This document shows positions 1 to 15,700 of a stretch of 64,000 nt of DNA, one piece after another (positions within the stretch are counted from its first letter, which is position 1; every line of letters begins with the position of its first letter). The stretch is taken from the NCBI RefSeq assembly GCF_009914755.1, contig NC_060940.1. One strand, written 5' to 3'. Position numbers and translations under genes: made by a program. A model generated the notes under the pieces. It was not told where the DNA came from and did no database searches. It saw only the letters and a list, made by a program, of their open reading frames with translations. This stretch comes from the human T2T-CHM13v2.0 reference genome, Homo sapiens.

Positions 1-518
1 ATTCAAGTCCATTCGATGATGATTCCAATCGAATCCATTCAAAGATTCCATTCAGTTCCATTCGATGATTCCCTTAGATTCCATTCGATGATTCCACTTG
101 ATTCCATTTACGATGATTCCATTCGATTCCATGTGATGATTCCATTCAATTCTATTCAATGATGTCTCCATTTGATTCCATTCGACCATGATTGCCTTTG
201 ATTCCATTCAATGATTCCATTCGGTTCCGTTTGATGATGATTCCGTTCGATTCCATTTGATGATTCCATTTGATTCCATTGGATGAGTCCATTCGATTAC
301 ATTCGATGATTATTCCATTCGAGTGCATTAGATGATTCCATTCGAGTCCATTCGATGATTCCATTCGATTCCATTCGATGTTGATTCTGTTCAAATCCAT
401 TCGATGATTCCACTCGATTCCATTCGATGACTCCATTTGATCCCATTCGATGATTTCCTTTGATTCCCTTTGATGATCATTCCATTTGATTCAATTCGGT
501 GATTTCATTTGATTCCAT

Positions 519-3500
519 TCAGTGATGTTTCCATTCGACTCCATTCGATGATGATTCCATTCGACTCCATTCGATTATGATTTCATTCAATTCCATTCGA
601 TAATGATTCCCTTCGAGTCCATTCGATGATTCCATTCGATTCCATTCAACGATGATTTGATTCGTGTCCATTCGATGATTCCATTTGATTCCACTTGATG
701 ATGATTCCATTCCAGTCCATTTGATGATTCCATTCAATTCCATACTCCGATGATTTCTTTTGAGCCCACTCAATGCTTCCACTCGATTCCATATGATGAT
801 GACTCCATTCGATGAAATTCGATGATGATTCCATTCGCTTGCTTTCGATGATGATTCCACTTGAGTCCGTTAGAAGATTCTATTCAATTACATTCCAGGA
901 CGATTCCGTTCGAGTCCATTTGATGATTCCATTAGACTCCATTCGACGATGATTCCATTCGATGTTATTTGATGATTCCATTCGATCTCATTCGATGATG
1001 ATTCCATTCAACTCCATTCGATGTTTCCATTCGAGTTCATTCTATTATTCCATTAGATTCCATTCGATGATGATTCCATTCGATTCCATTTGATGATTGC
1101 ATTCTATTTCATTTGATGATGATTCCATTCGAGTCCACTCGATGATTCCATTCGAGTCCATTTAATGAATCCATTGGTTTCAATTCTATGATGATTACAT
1201 TGGATTCCATTCGTTGATGATTTCATTCGGTTCCATTCAATGATGATTCCATTCAATTCCTTTCAATGTTTCCATTCAATTCCATACGATGATGATTCCA
1301 TTTGATTTGATTCGACAGTGAGCCATTCGATTCAATTCCATGATGATTCTATTTGATTCAATTGGTTGACATTTCCATTCGATTCCATTCGATGATGATT
1401 CCCTTTGATTCCGTTCAAAGATGATTCCATTCTAGCCCATTCAATCATTCCATTCGATTCTATTCAATGATGATTCCATTCATGTCGATTTGGTGATTCC
1501 ATTTGACTTCATTTGATGATGATTCCTTTCAAGTTCATTAGATGATTCCATTCGATTCCATTTGATGATGATCCCATTCGAGTCCATTCAGTGATTCCAT
1601 TCGTTTCCATTCCATGATGATTCCATTCCTTTCCATTCAATGATTCCATTCGATTCCGTTTGATGATGATTTCATTCGAGTCCATTTGATGATTCCATTT
1701 GATTCCATTCGATGATGATTCCATTCGAGTCCATTCGATGATTCTATTCGAATCCATTTGATGATTTCTTTTGATTATATTTGGTGATGATTCCATTGGA
1801 GTCCATTCAATGATTCCATTCTATTCCAATCGATGATGATTCCATTAGAGTCCATTTAATGATTCCATTTGATTCCAGTCTCTGATGATTACATTTGAGT
1901 CCATACGATGATTCCACTCAATTCCATATGATGATGATTCCATTTGATTCCATTCGGTGATTCCGTTCTATTCTATTCAATGGTGATTCCATTCGAGTAC
2001 ATTAGATGATTCCATTCGATTCCATTCAATGATGATTCTATTTGTGTCCCTTAGATGATTCCACATGATTCCATTAGATGATGATACTATTTGAGCCCAT
2101 CCAATGATTCCCTTCGATTCCATTCGATGAGGATTCCATTCGATTCAATTCATTGGTGATTCTATTCAATTCAATTCTTTGATTCCATTCCATTCCATTC
2201 GACAATGATTCCATTCGATTTCTTTCGATGATTCCACTCGATTCCACTTGACATTGATTCCATTCGATTCCATTCAATGATTCCATTTGATTCCAGTGGA
2301 TGATGATTGCCATCGATTCCATTCGATCACTCCATTCTATTCCATTTGATGATGATTACATTCGATTCCATTTGATGATTCCATCTGATTCTATTCGAGG
2401 ATTCCATTTGATTCCATTCGATGATGATTCCATTCGAGTCCATTCGATGATTTCATTCGAGTACATCCAATGATTCCATTCGAGTCCATTAGATGATTCC
2501 ATTTGATTCCATTTGAAAATGATTCTACTAGAGTCCATTCAATGACTCCATTCGAGTCCATTCAACAGTTCCATTCGACTCCATTCGATGATTCCATTCG
2601 ATTCCATTTGATGGTTCCATTCGAGTCCATTTAATCATTACAGTCGAGTCCATTTGGTGATTCCACTGGATTTCTTTTGATAATGATACCATTCAATTAC
2701 ATTTGATGATGATCCCATTCAATTTCATTTGATGATGATTCCATTAGAGTCCATTCGATGATTTCATTCGAGTCCCTTCATTGATTCCATCCGATTTCAT
2801 TGGATGATGACTCCATTCGAGTCCATTCGATGATTCCACTCGATTCCATTAGATGACTCCATTGGAGTCCATTTGATTGTTCCATTCGATTCCATTCGAT
2901 TCCTTTCGAAGATTATTCCATTTGAGTCCATTCGATGATGATTCCATTCCATTCCATTCGATGATTCCGTTTGATTCCATTCGATGATTCCCTTCGATTC
3001 CTTTCTTTGATGATTCCATTCCATTCCATTCAATGATTCCATTCGAATCTATTCCATGATGATTCATTTCGATTCCATTCGCTGATGTTTCCGTTCAATT
3101 CCATTCGATGATGATTCCATTCGATTCCATTCATTGAGGATTCCATTTGATTCCATTCAATGATGATTCCATTCTATTCCATTCAATGATTGCATTCAAT
3201 TCCATTCAATGATTATCCCCTTAGAGTGAACTCAACGATTCCATTCAATACCATTCGATGATGATTCCTTTTGAGTCCATTCAATGATTTCATTCAAGTC
3301 CATTTGATGATTCCTTTCAATTCCATTCTATGATGATTCCATTCGAGTCCATTCGATGATTCCATTCGATTGCATTCGATGATTCCATTATATTCCATTC
3401 AACGGTGATTCCATTCGAGTCCATTCCATGATTCCATTAGAGTACATTTAATGATTGCTTTGTTTTCAATTCGAAGATGATTACATTGGATTCCATTCTA

Positions 3501-6500
3501 TGATACCATTCGATTCCATTCAATGATGATTCCACTCAAATCCATTGGATGATTCCATTCGTGTCCATTCGGTGATTTCATTAGATTCCATTCGAGGATG
3601 ATTCCATTCGATTCCATTCGATGATTCCATTCAATTCCATTCGATGATGATTCCATTCCAGTCCATATGATCATTCCATTTGATTTCATTCGATGATGAT
3701 TCCATTCGATTCCATTCGACGATTCCATTCTATTCCATTCGATGATGATTCCATTCGAGTCCATTCGATCATTCCATTCGAGTCCATTTAATGATTCCAT
3801 TGGGTTCAATTCAATGATGATTACATTGGATTCCGTTCTATGATTCCATTCAACTCCGTTCATTGACAATTTGATTCCATTCGATGATGATTCCATTTGA
3901 GTTCATTCGATGATTCTATTCGATTCTCTTCGATGGTGATTCAATTCTATTATATTGGATGATTCCATTCGATTCCATTTGATGTTGATTCAATTCGATT
4001 CTATTCGATGATGATTCCATTGGATTTCACTTGATGATTCTATTCGATTCCATTCAATGATGATTCACTTCTCGTCCATTGGATGATTCCATTTCATTCC
4101 ATTCGATGATGATTCCATTCGATTCCATTCGATGATTCCTTTTGATTCCATGCGACGGTGAGCAATTCGATTCAATTCCATGATGATTCTATTTGATTCA
4201 ATTAGATGATGTTTCCATTCGAATCCATTCCATGATTATTCCATTGGAATCCATTCGGCGATGATTCCATATGAGTCAATTCAATGATGATTCCATATGG
4301 GTCCGTTCGATGATAATTCCATTTGATTTTATTCGATGCTTCTATTCTATTCCAGTCGATGATGATTCCGTTGGAGTCCATACGATGATTCCATTTGATT
4401 TCATTTGATGATGATTCCATTCGATGATGATTACATTGGATTCCATTCTATGATTCCATTCAATTCCATTCGTTGATGATTCGATTCCATTCAATGATGA
4501 TTCCATTTGAGTTCATTCGATGATTCTATTCGATTCCGTTCGATGGTGATTCAATTCTATTATATTGGATGATTCCACTCGATTCCATTTGATGATTATT
4601 CCATTGGAGTCCACTTAGTGAATCCTTTAGATTCTACTCGACGATGATTCCATTCGAGTCCATTCGATGATACCATTCAATTCCATTCGTTGATGCTTCC
4701 ATTCAAGTGCATTCGATGATATCATTCGATTCCATTTGATGGTAATTCCATTTGATTCCATGCGATGATTCTATTCCATTCCATTCAATGATAATTCCAT
4801 TCAATTCAGTGATTCCTCTGGACTCCATTTGATGATGATTCCATTCAATGATTCCATTCGATTCTATTCGAAAATGATTCCATTTGAATCCATTTGATGA
4901 TGATTCCATTAGATTCCATTTGATGATTCCATTCGATTCCATTCGACGATGATTCCATTCGATTCCGTTTGATGATTCCATTCTATTCTATTCGATGATG
5001 ATTCCATTCGATTCCATTCGATGATGATTGGATTCGATTCCATTTGATGATTTCATTTGATTCCATTCGTTAATGATTTCGATCAATTCCATTCGATGAT
5101 TCCATTCGATTCCATTCGATAATGATTACATCCGAGTCCATTCGATGATTCCCTTTGAGCCTGTTCGATAATTCCATTTGAGTCCAACCAATGATTCCAT
5201 TCATTTCCATTCAATGATTCCATTCGAGTCCATTTGATCATTCCGGTAGGGTCCATTCGATGTTGATTCCATTGGAGTGCATTCGATGATTCCATTCGAG
5301 TCCATTTTAGGATTTGATTCGAGTCCTTTCGATGATTCCATTCGATTCCACTCGATGATGATTTCATTCGAGTCCATTCGACACTTCCAATCGATTCCAT
5401 TTGATGATTCCATTCGAGTCCAATTGATGATTCCATTCAATTCCATTCGATGATGATTCCGTACGATTCCATTCTGTGATGATTCCATGTGATTGCATTC
5501 AATGATGATTCCTTTCGATTGCATTCGATTATGATTCATTTCGTGTTCATTCTATGGTTCCACAGGTTTCCATTCGTGTCCATTCCATTATTCCATTCTA
5601 TTCCATTTGATGATGATTCCATTCGATTCCATTCATTGGTGATTCCACTCAATTCCATTCAATGATTCCATTCCATTTCTTTCAACAATGATTCCATTAG
5701 TTTCTAATCGATGATCCACTTGATTCCATTTGACGACGATTCCATTCTTGTCCATTCGATGATTCCATTTGATTCCATATGATGATGATTCCATTCGATT
5801 CCATACCATGATGATTCCATTCGAGTCCATTCAATGGTGATTCCATTCAATTCCATTCGATGATTCCTTTCGATTCCATTCGATGATGATGGCATTCGAT
5901 TCCTTTCAATCATTCCCTTTGATTCCATTCCAAGGTGATTTCATTCAAGTCCATTCGATAATTGCATTCGATTCCATTCTATGATGATTCCATTCGAGTC
6001 CATTTGATGATTCCATTCAATTCAAGTCAATGATGATTCCATTCGATTCCATTCGATGATTCCATTGGATTCCATTCGATGATGATTCCATTCAAATCCA
6101 TTCGATAATTCAATTCAAGTCCATTCGATGATGATTCCAATCGAATCCATTCAAAGATTCCATTCAGTTCCATTCGATGATTCCCTTAGATTCCATTCGA
6201 TGATTCCACTTGATTGCATTTACGATGATTCCATTCGATTCCATGTGATGATTCCATTCAATTCTATTCAATGATGTCTCCATTTGATTCCATTCGACCA
6301 TGATTGCCTTTGATTCCATTCAATGATTCCATTCGGTTCCGTTTGATGATGATTCCGTTCGATTCCATTTGATGATTCCATTTGATTCCATTGGATGAGT
6401 CCATTCGATTACATTCGATGATTATTCCATTCGAGTGCATTAGATGATTCCATTCGAGTCCATTCGATGATTCCATTCGATTCCATTCGATGTTGATTCT

Positions 6501-6630
6501 GTTCAAATCCATTCGATGATTCCACTCGATTCCATTCGTTGACTCCATTTGATCCCATTCGATGATTTCCTTTGATTCCCTTTGATGATCATTCCATTTG
6601 ATTCAATTCGGTGATTTCATTTGATTCCAT
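519..6630 (+). repeat. Full-length higher-order unit 1, 6112 bp
   Basis: Landmarks recur at a 6112 offset: ORF ends 152/6264, 519/6631, 1509/7621, 2797/8909; the sequence at position 1 (ATTCAAGTCC) recurs at 6113. Confidence 0.95.
4194..4204 (-). promoter_or_regulatory. Candidate DUX4-type binding site TAATTGAATCA (first of 14 copies, one per unit except unit 3)
   Basis: The + strand reads TGATTCAATTA, whose reverse complement fits TAAYBBAATCA. DUX4 is known to bind and activate HSATII, but binding at this site is not shown by sequence alone. Confidence 0.45.
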
Positions 6631-9600
6631 TCAGTGATGTTTCCATTCGACTCCATTCGATGATGATTCCATTCGACTCCATTCGATTATGATTTCATTC
6701 AATTCCATTCGATAATGATTCCCTTCGAGTCCATTCGATGATTCCATTCGATTCCATTCAACGATGATTTGATTCGTGTCCATTCGATGATTCCATTTGA
6801 TTCCACTTGATGATGATTCCATTCGAGTCCATTTGATGATTCCATTCAATTCCATACTCCGATGATTTCTTTTGAGCCCACTCAATGCTTCCACTCGATT
6901 CCATATGATGATGACTCCATTCGATGAAATTCGATGATGATTCCATTCGCTTGCTTTCGATGATGATTCCACTTGAGTCCGTTAGAAGATTCTATTCAAT
7001 TACATTCCAGGACGATTCCGTTCGAGTCCATTTGATGATTCCATTAGACTCCATTCGACGATGATTCCATTCGATGTTATTCGATGATTCCATTCGATCT
7101 CATTCGATGATGATTCCATTCAACTCCATTCGATGTTTCCATTCGAGTTCATTCTATTATTCCATTAGATTCCATTCGATGATGATTCCATTCGATTCCA
7201 TTTGATGATTGCATTCTATTTCATTTGATGATGATTCCATTCGAGTCCACTCGATGATTCCATTCGAGTCCATTTAATGAATCCATTGGTTTCAATTCTA
7301 TGATGATTACATTGGATTCCATTCGTTGATGATTTCATTCGGTCCCATTCAATGATGATTCCATTCAATTCCTTTCAATGTTTCCATTCAATTCCATACG
7401 ATGATGATTCCATTTGATTTGATTCGACAGTGAGCCATTCGATTCAATTCCATGATGTTTCTATTTGATTCAATTGGTTGACATTTCCATTCGATTCCAT
7501 TCGATGATGATTCCCTTTGATTCCGTTCAAAGATGATTCCATTCTAGCCCATTCAATCATTCCATTCGATTCTATTCAATGATGATTCCATTCATGTCGA
7601 TTTGGTGATTCCATTTGACTTCATTTGATGATGATTCCTTTCAAGTTCATTAGATGATTCCATTCGATTCCATTTGATGATGATCCCATTCGACTCCATT
7701 CAGTGATTCCATTCGTTTCTATTCCATGATGATTCCATTCCTTTCCATTCAATGATTGCATTCGATTCCGTTTGATGATGATTTCATTCGAGTCCATTTG
7801 ATGATTCCATTTGATTCCATTCGATGATGATTCCATTCGAGTCCATTCGATGATTCTATTCGAATCCATTTGATGATTTCTTTTGATTATATTTGGTGAT
7901 GATTCCATTGGAGTCCATTCAATGATTCCATTCTATTCCAATCGATGATGATTCCATTAGAGTCCATTTAATGATTCCATTTGATTCCAGTCTCTGATGA
8001 TTACATTCGAGTCCATACGATGATTCCACTCAATTCCATATGATGATGATTCCATTTGATTCCATTCGGTGATTCCATTCTATTCTATTCAATGGTGATT
8101 CCATTCGAGTACATTAGATGATTCCATTCGATTCCATTCAATGATGATTCTATTTGTGTCCCTTAGATGATTCCACATGATTCCATTAGATGATGATACT
8201 ATTTGAGCCCATCCAATGATTCCCTTCGATTCCATTCGATGAGGATTCCATTCGATTCATTTCATTGGTGATTCTATTCAATTCAATTCTTTGATTCCAT
8301 TCCATTCCATTCGACAATGATTCCATTCGATTTCTTTCGATGATTCCACTCGATTCCACTTGACATTGATTCCATTCGATTCCATTCAATGATTCCATTT
8401 GATTCCAGTGGATGATGATTGCCATCGATTCCATTCGATCACTCCATTCTATTCCATTTGATGATGATTACATTCGATTCCATTTGATGATTCCATCTGA
8501 TTCTATTCGAGGATTCCATTTGATTCCATTCGATGATGATTCCATTCGAGTCCATTCGATGATTTCATTCGAGTACATCCAATGATTCCATTCGAGTCCA
8601 TTAGATGATTCCATTTGATTCCATTTGAAAATGATTCTACTAGAGTCCATTCAATGACTCCATTCGAGTCCATTCAACAGTTCCATTCGACTCCATTCGA
8701 TGATTCCATTCGATTCCATTTGATGGTTCCATTCGAGTCCATTTAATCATTACAGTCGAGTCCATTTGGTGATTCCACTGGATTTCTTTTGATAATGATA
8801 CCATTCAATTACATTTGATGATGATCCCATTCAATTTCATTTGATGATGATTCCATTAGAGTCCATTCGATGATTTCATTCGAGTCCCTTCATTGATTCC
8901 ATCCGATTTCATTGGATGATGACTCCATTCGAGTCCATTCGATGATTCCACTCGATTCCATTAGATGACTCCATTGGAGTCCATTTGATTGTTCCATTCG
9001 ATTCCATTCGATTCCTTTCGAAGATTATTCCATTTGAGTCCATTCGATGATGATTCCATTCCATTCCATTCGATGATTCCGTTTGATTCCATTCGATGAT
9101 TCCCTTCGATTCCTTTCTTTGATGATTCCATTCCATTCCATTCAATGATTCCATTCGAATCTATTCCATGATGATTCCTTTCGATTCCATTCGCTGATGT
9201 TTCCGTTCAATTCCATTCGATGATGATTCCATTCGATTCCATTCATTGAGGATTCCATTTGATTCCATTCAATGATGATTCCATTCTATTCCATTCAATG
9301 ATTGCATTCAATTCCATTCAATGATTATCCCATTAGAGTAAACTCAACGATTCCATTCAATACCATTCGATGATGATTCCTTTTGAGTCCATTCAATGAT
9401 TTCATTCAAGTCCATTTGATGATTCCTTTCAATTCCATTCTATGATGATTCCATTAGAGTCCATTCGATGATTCCATTCGATTGCATTCTATGATTCCAT
9501 TATATTCCATTCAACGGTGATTCCATTCGAGTCCATTCCATGATTCCATTAGAGTACATTTAATGATTGCTTTGTTTTCAATTCGAAGATGATTACATTG

Positions 9601-12600
9601 GATTCCATTCTATGATACCATTCGATTCCATTCAATGATGATTCCACTCAAATCCATTGGATGTTTCCATTCGTGTCCATTCGGTGATTTCATTAGATTC
9701 CATTCGAGGATGATTCCATTCGATTCCATTCGATGATTCCATTCAATTCCATTCGATGATGATTCCATTCCAGTCCATATGATCATTCCATTTGATTTCA
9801 TTCGATGATGATTCCATTCGATTCCATTCGACGATTCCATTCTATTCCATTCGATGATGATTCCATTCGAGTCCATTCGATGATTCCATTCGAGTCCATT
9901 TAATGATTCCATTGGGTTCAATTCAATGATGATTACATTGGATTCCGTTCTGATTCCATTCAATTCCGTTCATTGACAATTTGATTCCATTCGATGATGA
10001 TTCCATTTGAGTTCATTCGATGATTCTATTCGATTCTCTTCGATGGTGATTCAATTCTATTATATTGGATGATTCCATTCGATTCCATTTGATGTTGATT
10101 CAATTCGATTCTATTCGATGATGATTCCATTGGATTTCACTTGATGATTCTATTCGATTCCATTCAATGATGATTCACTTCTCGTCCATTGGATGATTCC
10201 ATTTCATTCCATACGATGATGATTCCATTCGATTCCATTCGATGATTCCATTTGATTCCATGCGACGGTGAGCAATTCGATTCAATTCCATGATGATTCT
10301 ATTTGATTCAATTAGATGATGTTTCCATTCGAATCCATTCCATGATTATTCCATTGGAATCCATTCGGCGATGATTCCATATGAGTCAATTCAATGATGA
10401 TTCCATATGGGTCCGTTCGATGATAATTCCATTTGATTTCATTCGATGCTTCTATTCTATTCCAGTCGATGATGATTCCGTTGGAGTCCATACGATGATT
10501 CCATTTGATTTCATTTGATGATGATTCCATTCGATGATGATTACATTGGATTCCATTCTATGATTCCATTCAATTCCATTCGTTGATGATTCGATTCCAT
10601 TCAATGATGATTCCATTTGAGTTCATTCGATGATTCTATTCGATTCCGTTCGATGGTGATTCAATTCTATTATATTGGATGATTCCACTCGATTCCATTT
10701 GATGATTATTCCATTGGAGTCCACTTAGTGAATCCTTTAGATTCTACTCGACGATGATTCCATTCGAGTCCATTCGATGATACCATTCAATTCCATTCGT
10801 TGATGCTTCCATTCAAGTGCATTCGATGATATCATTCGATTCCATTTGATGATAATTCCATTTGATTCCATGCGATGATTCTATTCGATTCCATTCAATG
10901 ATAATTCCATTCAATTCAGTGATTCCTCTGGACTCCATTTGATGATGATTCCATTCAATGATTCCATTCGATTCTATTCGAAAATGATTCCATTTGAATC
11001 CATTTGATGATGATTCCATTAGATTCCATTTGATGATTCCATTCGATTCCATTCGACGATGATTCCATTCGATTCCGTTTGATGATTCCATTCTATTCTA
11101 TTCGATGATGATTCCATTCGATTCCATTCGATGATGATTGGATTCGATTCCATTTGATGATTTCATTTGATTCCATTCGTTAATGATTTCGATCAATTCC
11201 ATTCGATGATTCCATTCGATTCCATTCGATAATGATTACATCCGAGTCCATTCGATGATTCCCTTTGAGCCTGTTCGATAATTCCATTTGAGTCCAACCA
11301 ATGATTCCATTCATTTCCATTCAATGATTCCATTCGAGTCCATTTGATCATTCCGGTAGGGTCCATTCGATGTTGATTCCATTGGAGTGCATTCGATGAT
11401 TCCATTCGAGTCCATTTTAGGATTTGATTCGAGTCCTTTCGATGATTCCATTCGATTCCACTCGATGATGATTTCATTCGAGTCCATTCGACACTTCCAA
11501 TCGATTCCATTTGATGATTCCATTCGAGTCCAATTGATGATTCCATTCAATTCCATTCGATGATGATTCCGTACGATTCCATTCTGTGATGATTCCATGT
11601 GATTGCATTCAATGATGATTCCTTTCGATTGCATTCGATTATGATTCATTTCGTGTTCATTCTATGGTTCCACAGGTTTCCATTCGTGTCCATTCCATTA
11701 TTCCATTCTATTCCATTTGATGATGATTCCATTCGATTCCATTCATTGGTGATTCCACTCAATTCCATTCAATGATTCCATTCCATTTCTTTCAACAATG
11801 ATTCCATTAGTTTCTAATCGATGATCCACTTGATTCCATTTGACGACGATTCCATTCTTGTCCATTCGATGATTCCATTTGATTCCATATGATGATGATT
11901 CCATTCGATTCCATACCATGATGATTCCATTCGAGTCCATTCAATGGTGATTCCATTCAATTCCATTCGATGATTCCTTTTGATTCCATTCGATGATGAT
12001 GGCATTCGATTCCTTTCAATCATTCCCTTTGATTCCATTCAAAGGTGATTTCATTCAAGTCCATTCGATAATTGCATTCGATTCCATTCTATGATGATTC
12101 CATTCGAGTCCATTTGATGATTCCATTCAATTCAAGTCAATGATGATTCCATTCGATTCCATTCGATGATTCCATTGGATTCCATTCGATGATGATTCCA
12201 TTCAAATCCATTCGATAATTCAATTCAAGTCCATTCGATGATGATTCCAATCGAATCCATTCAAAGATTCCATTCAGTTCCATTCGATGATTCCCTTAGA
12301 TTCCATTCGATGATTCCACTTGATTGCATTTACGATGATTCCATTCGATTCCATGTGATGATTCCATTCAATTCTATTCAATGATGTCTCCATTTGATTC
12401 CATTCGACCATGATTGCCTTTGATTCCATTCAATGATTCCATTCGGTTCCGTTTGATGATGATTCCGTTCGATTCCATTTGATGATTCCATTTGATTCCA
12501 TTGGATGAGTCCATTCGATTACATTCGATGATTATTCCATTCGAGTGCATTAGATGATTCCATTCGAGTCCATTCGATGATTCCATTCGATTCCATTCGA

Positions 12601-12740
12601 TGTTGATTCTGTTCAAATCCATTCGATGATTCCACTCGATTCCATTCGTTGACTCCATTTGATCCCATTCGATGATTTCCTTTGATTCCCTTTGATGATC
12701 ATTCCATTTGATTCAATTCGGTGATTTCATTTGATTCCAT
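6631..12740 (+). repeat. Full-length higher-order unit 2, 6110 bp (2-bp deletion near 9950)
   Basis: The offset to unit 1 changes from 6112 to 6110 after GATTCCGTTC|TGATTCC at ~9950, where other copies read GATTCCGTTCTATGATTCC. Confidence 0.93.
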
Positions 12741-15700
12741 TCAGTGATGTTTCCATTCGACTCCATTCGATGATGATTCCATTCGACTCCATTCGATTAT
12801 GATTTCATTCAATTCCATTCGATAATGATTCCCTTCGAGTCCATTCGATGATTCCATTCGATTCCATTCAACGATGATTTGATTCGTGTCCATTCGATGA
12901 TTCCATTTGATTCCACTTGATGATGATTCCATTCGAGTCCATTTGATGATTCCATTCAATTCCATACTCCGATGATTTCTTTTGAGCCCACTCAATGCTT
13001 CCACTCGATTCCATATGATGATGACTCCATTCGATGAAATTCGATGGTGATTCCATTCGCTTGCTTTCGATGATGATTCCACTTGAGTCCGTTAGAAGAT
13101 TCTATTCAATTACATTCCAGGACGATTCCGTTCGAGTCCATTTGATGATTCCATTAGACTCCATTCGACGATGATTCCATTCGATGTTATTCGATGATTC
13201 CATTCGATCTCATTCGCTGATGATTCCATTCAACTCCATTCGATGTTTCCATTCGAGTTCATTCTATTATTCCATTAGATTCCATTCGATGATGATTCCA
13301 TTCGATTCCATTTGATGATTGCATTCTATTTCATCTGATGATGATTCCATTCGAGTCCACTCGATGATTCCATTCGAGTCCATTTAATGAATCCATTGGT
13401 TTCAATTCTATGATGATTACATTGGATTCCATTCGTTGATGATTTCATTCGGTTCCATTCAATGATGATTCCATTCAATTCCTTTCAATGTTTCCATTCA
13501 ATTCCATACGATGATGATTCCATTTGATTTGATTCGACAGTGAGCCATTCGATTCAATTCCATGATGATTCTATTTGATTCAATTGGTTGACATTTCCAT
13601 TCGATTCCATTCGATGATGATTCCCTTTGATTCCGTTCAAAGATGATTCCATTCTAGCCCATTCAATCATTCCATTCGATTCTATTCAATGATGATTCCA
13701 TTCATGTCGATTTGGTGATTCCATTTGACTTCATTTGATGATGATTCCTTTCAAGTTCATTAGATGATTCCATTCGATTCCATTTGATGATGATCCCATT
13801 CGAGTCCATTCAGTGATTCCATTCGTTTCTATTCCATGATGATTCCATTCCTTTCCATTCAATGATTCCATTCGATTCCGTTTGATGATGATTTCATTCG
13901 AGTCCATTTGATGATTCCATTTGATTCCATTCGATGATGATTCCATTCGAGTCCATTCGATGATTCTATTCGAATCCATTTGATGATTTCTTTTGATTAT
14001 ATTTGGTGATGATTCCATTGGAGTCCATTCAATGATTCCATTCTATTCCAATCGATGATGATTCCATTAGAGTCCATTTAATGATTCCATTTGATTCCAG
14101 TCTCTGATGATTACATTCGAGTCCATATGATGATTCCACTCAATTCCATATGATGATGATTCCATTTGATTCCATTCGGTGATTCCGTTCTATTCTATTC
14201 AGTGGTGATTCCATTCGAGTACATTAGATGATTCCATTCGATTCCATTCAATGATGATTCTATTTGTGTCCCTTAGATGATTCCACATGATTCCATTAGA
14301 TGATGATACTATTTGAGCCCATCCAATGATTCCCTTCGATTCCATTCGATGAGGATTCCATTCGATTCAATTCATTGGTGATTCTATTCAATTCAATTCT
14401 TTGATTCCATTCCATTCCATTCGACAATGATTCCATTCGATTTCTTTCGATGATTCCACTCGATTCCACTTGACATTGATTCCATTCGATTCCATTCAAT
14501 GATTCCATTTGATTCCAGTGGATGATGATTGCCATCGATTCCATTCGATCACTCCATTCTATTCCATTTGATGATGATTACATTCGATTCCATTTGATGA
14601 TTCCATCTGATTCTATTCGAGGATTCCATTTGATTCCATTCGATGATGATTCCATTCGAGTCCATTCGATGATTTCATTCGAGTACATCCAATGATTCCA
14701 TTCGAGTCCATTAGATGATTCCATTTGATTCCATTTGAAAATGATTCTACAAGAGTCCATTCAATGACTCCATTCGAGTCCATTCAACAATTCCATTCGA
14801 CTCCATTCGATGATTCCATTCGATTCCATTTGATGGTTCCATTCGAGTCCATTTAATCATTACAGTCGAGTCCATTTGGTGATTCCACTGGATTTCTTTT
14901 GATAATGATACCATTCCATTACATTTGATGATGATCCCATTCAATTTCATTTGATGATGATTCCATTAGAGTCCATTCGATGATTTCATTCGAGTCCCTT
15001 CATTGATTCCATCCGATTTCATTGGATGATGACTCCATTCGAGTCCATTCGATGATTCCACTCGATTCCATTAGATGACTCCATTGGAGTCCATTTGATT
15101 GTTCCATTCGATTCCATTCGATTCCTTTCGAAGATTATTCCATTTGAGTCCATTCGATGATGATTCCATTCCATTCCATTCGATGATTCCGTTTGATTCC
15201 ATTCGATGATTCCCTTCGATTCCTTTCTTTGATGATTCCATTCCATTCCATTCAATGATTCCATTCGAATCTATTCCATGATGATTCCTTTTGATTCCAT
15301 TCGCTGATGTTTCCGTTCAATTCCATTCGATGATGATTCCATTCGATTCCATTCATTGAGGATTCCATTTGATTCCATTCAATGATGATTCCATTCTATT
15401 CCATTCAATGATTGCATTCAATTCCATTCAATGATTATCCCATTAGAGTAAACTCAACGATTCCATTCAATACCATTCGATGATGATTCCTTTTGAGTCC
15501 ATTCAATGATTTCATTCAAGTCCATTTGATGATTCCTTTCAATTCCATTCTATGATGATTCCATTCGAGTCCATTCGATGATTCCATTCGATTGCATTCG
15601 ATGATTCCATTATATTCCATTCAACGGTGATTCCATTCGAGTCCATTCCATGATTCCATTAGAGTACATTTAATGATTGCTTTGTTTTCAATTCGAAGAT

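Noticed and set aside
3021-3035. HSat3 assignment based on short (CCATT)3 runs
   Set aside because: Runs are at most about three pentamers, and the dominant pattern is the CATTCGATTC/GATGAT 23-26 bp monomer of HSat2.
5539-5585. Locally non-consensus patch (TTCGTGTTCATTCTATGGTTCCACAGGTTTCC) as foreign DNA or a splice acceptor
   Set aside because: It can still be aligned to the monomer with substitutions. It is short, repeated only as part of segment A, and has no supporting exon structure.
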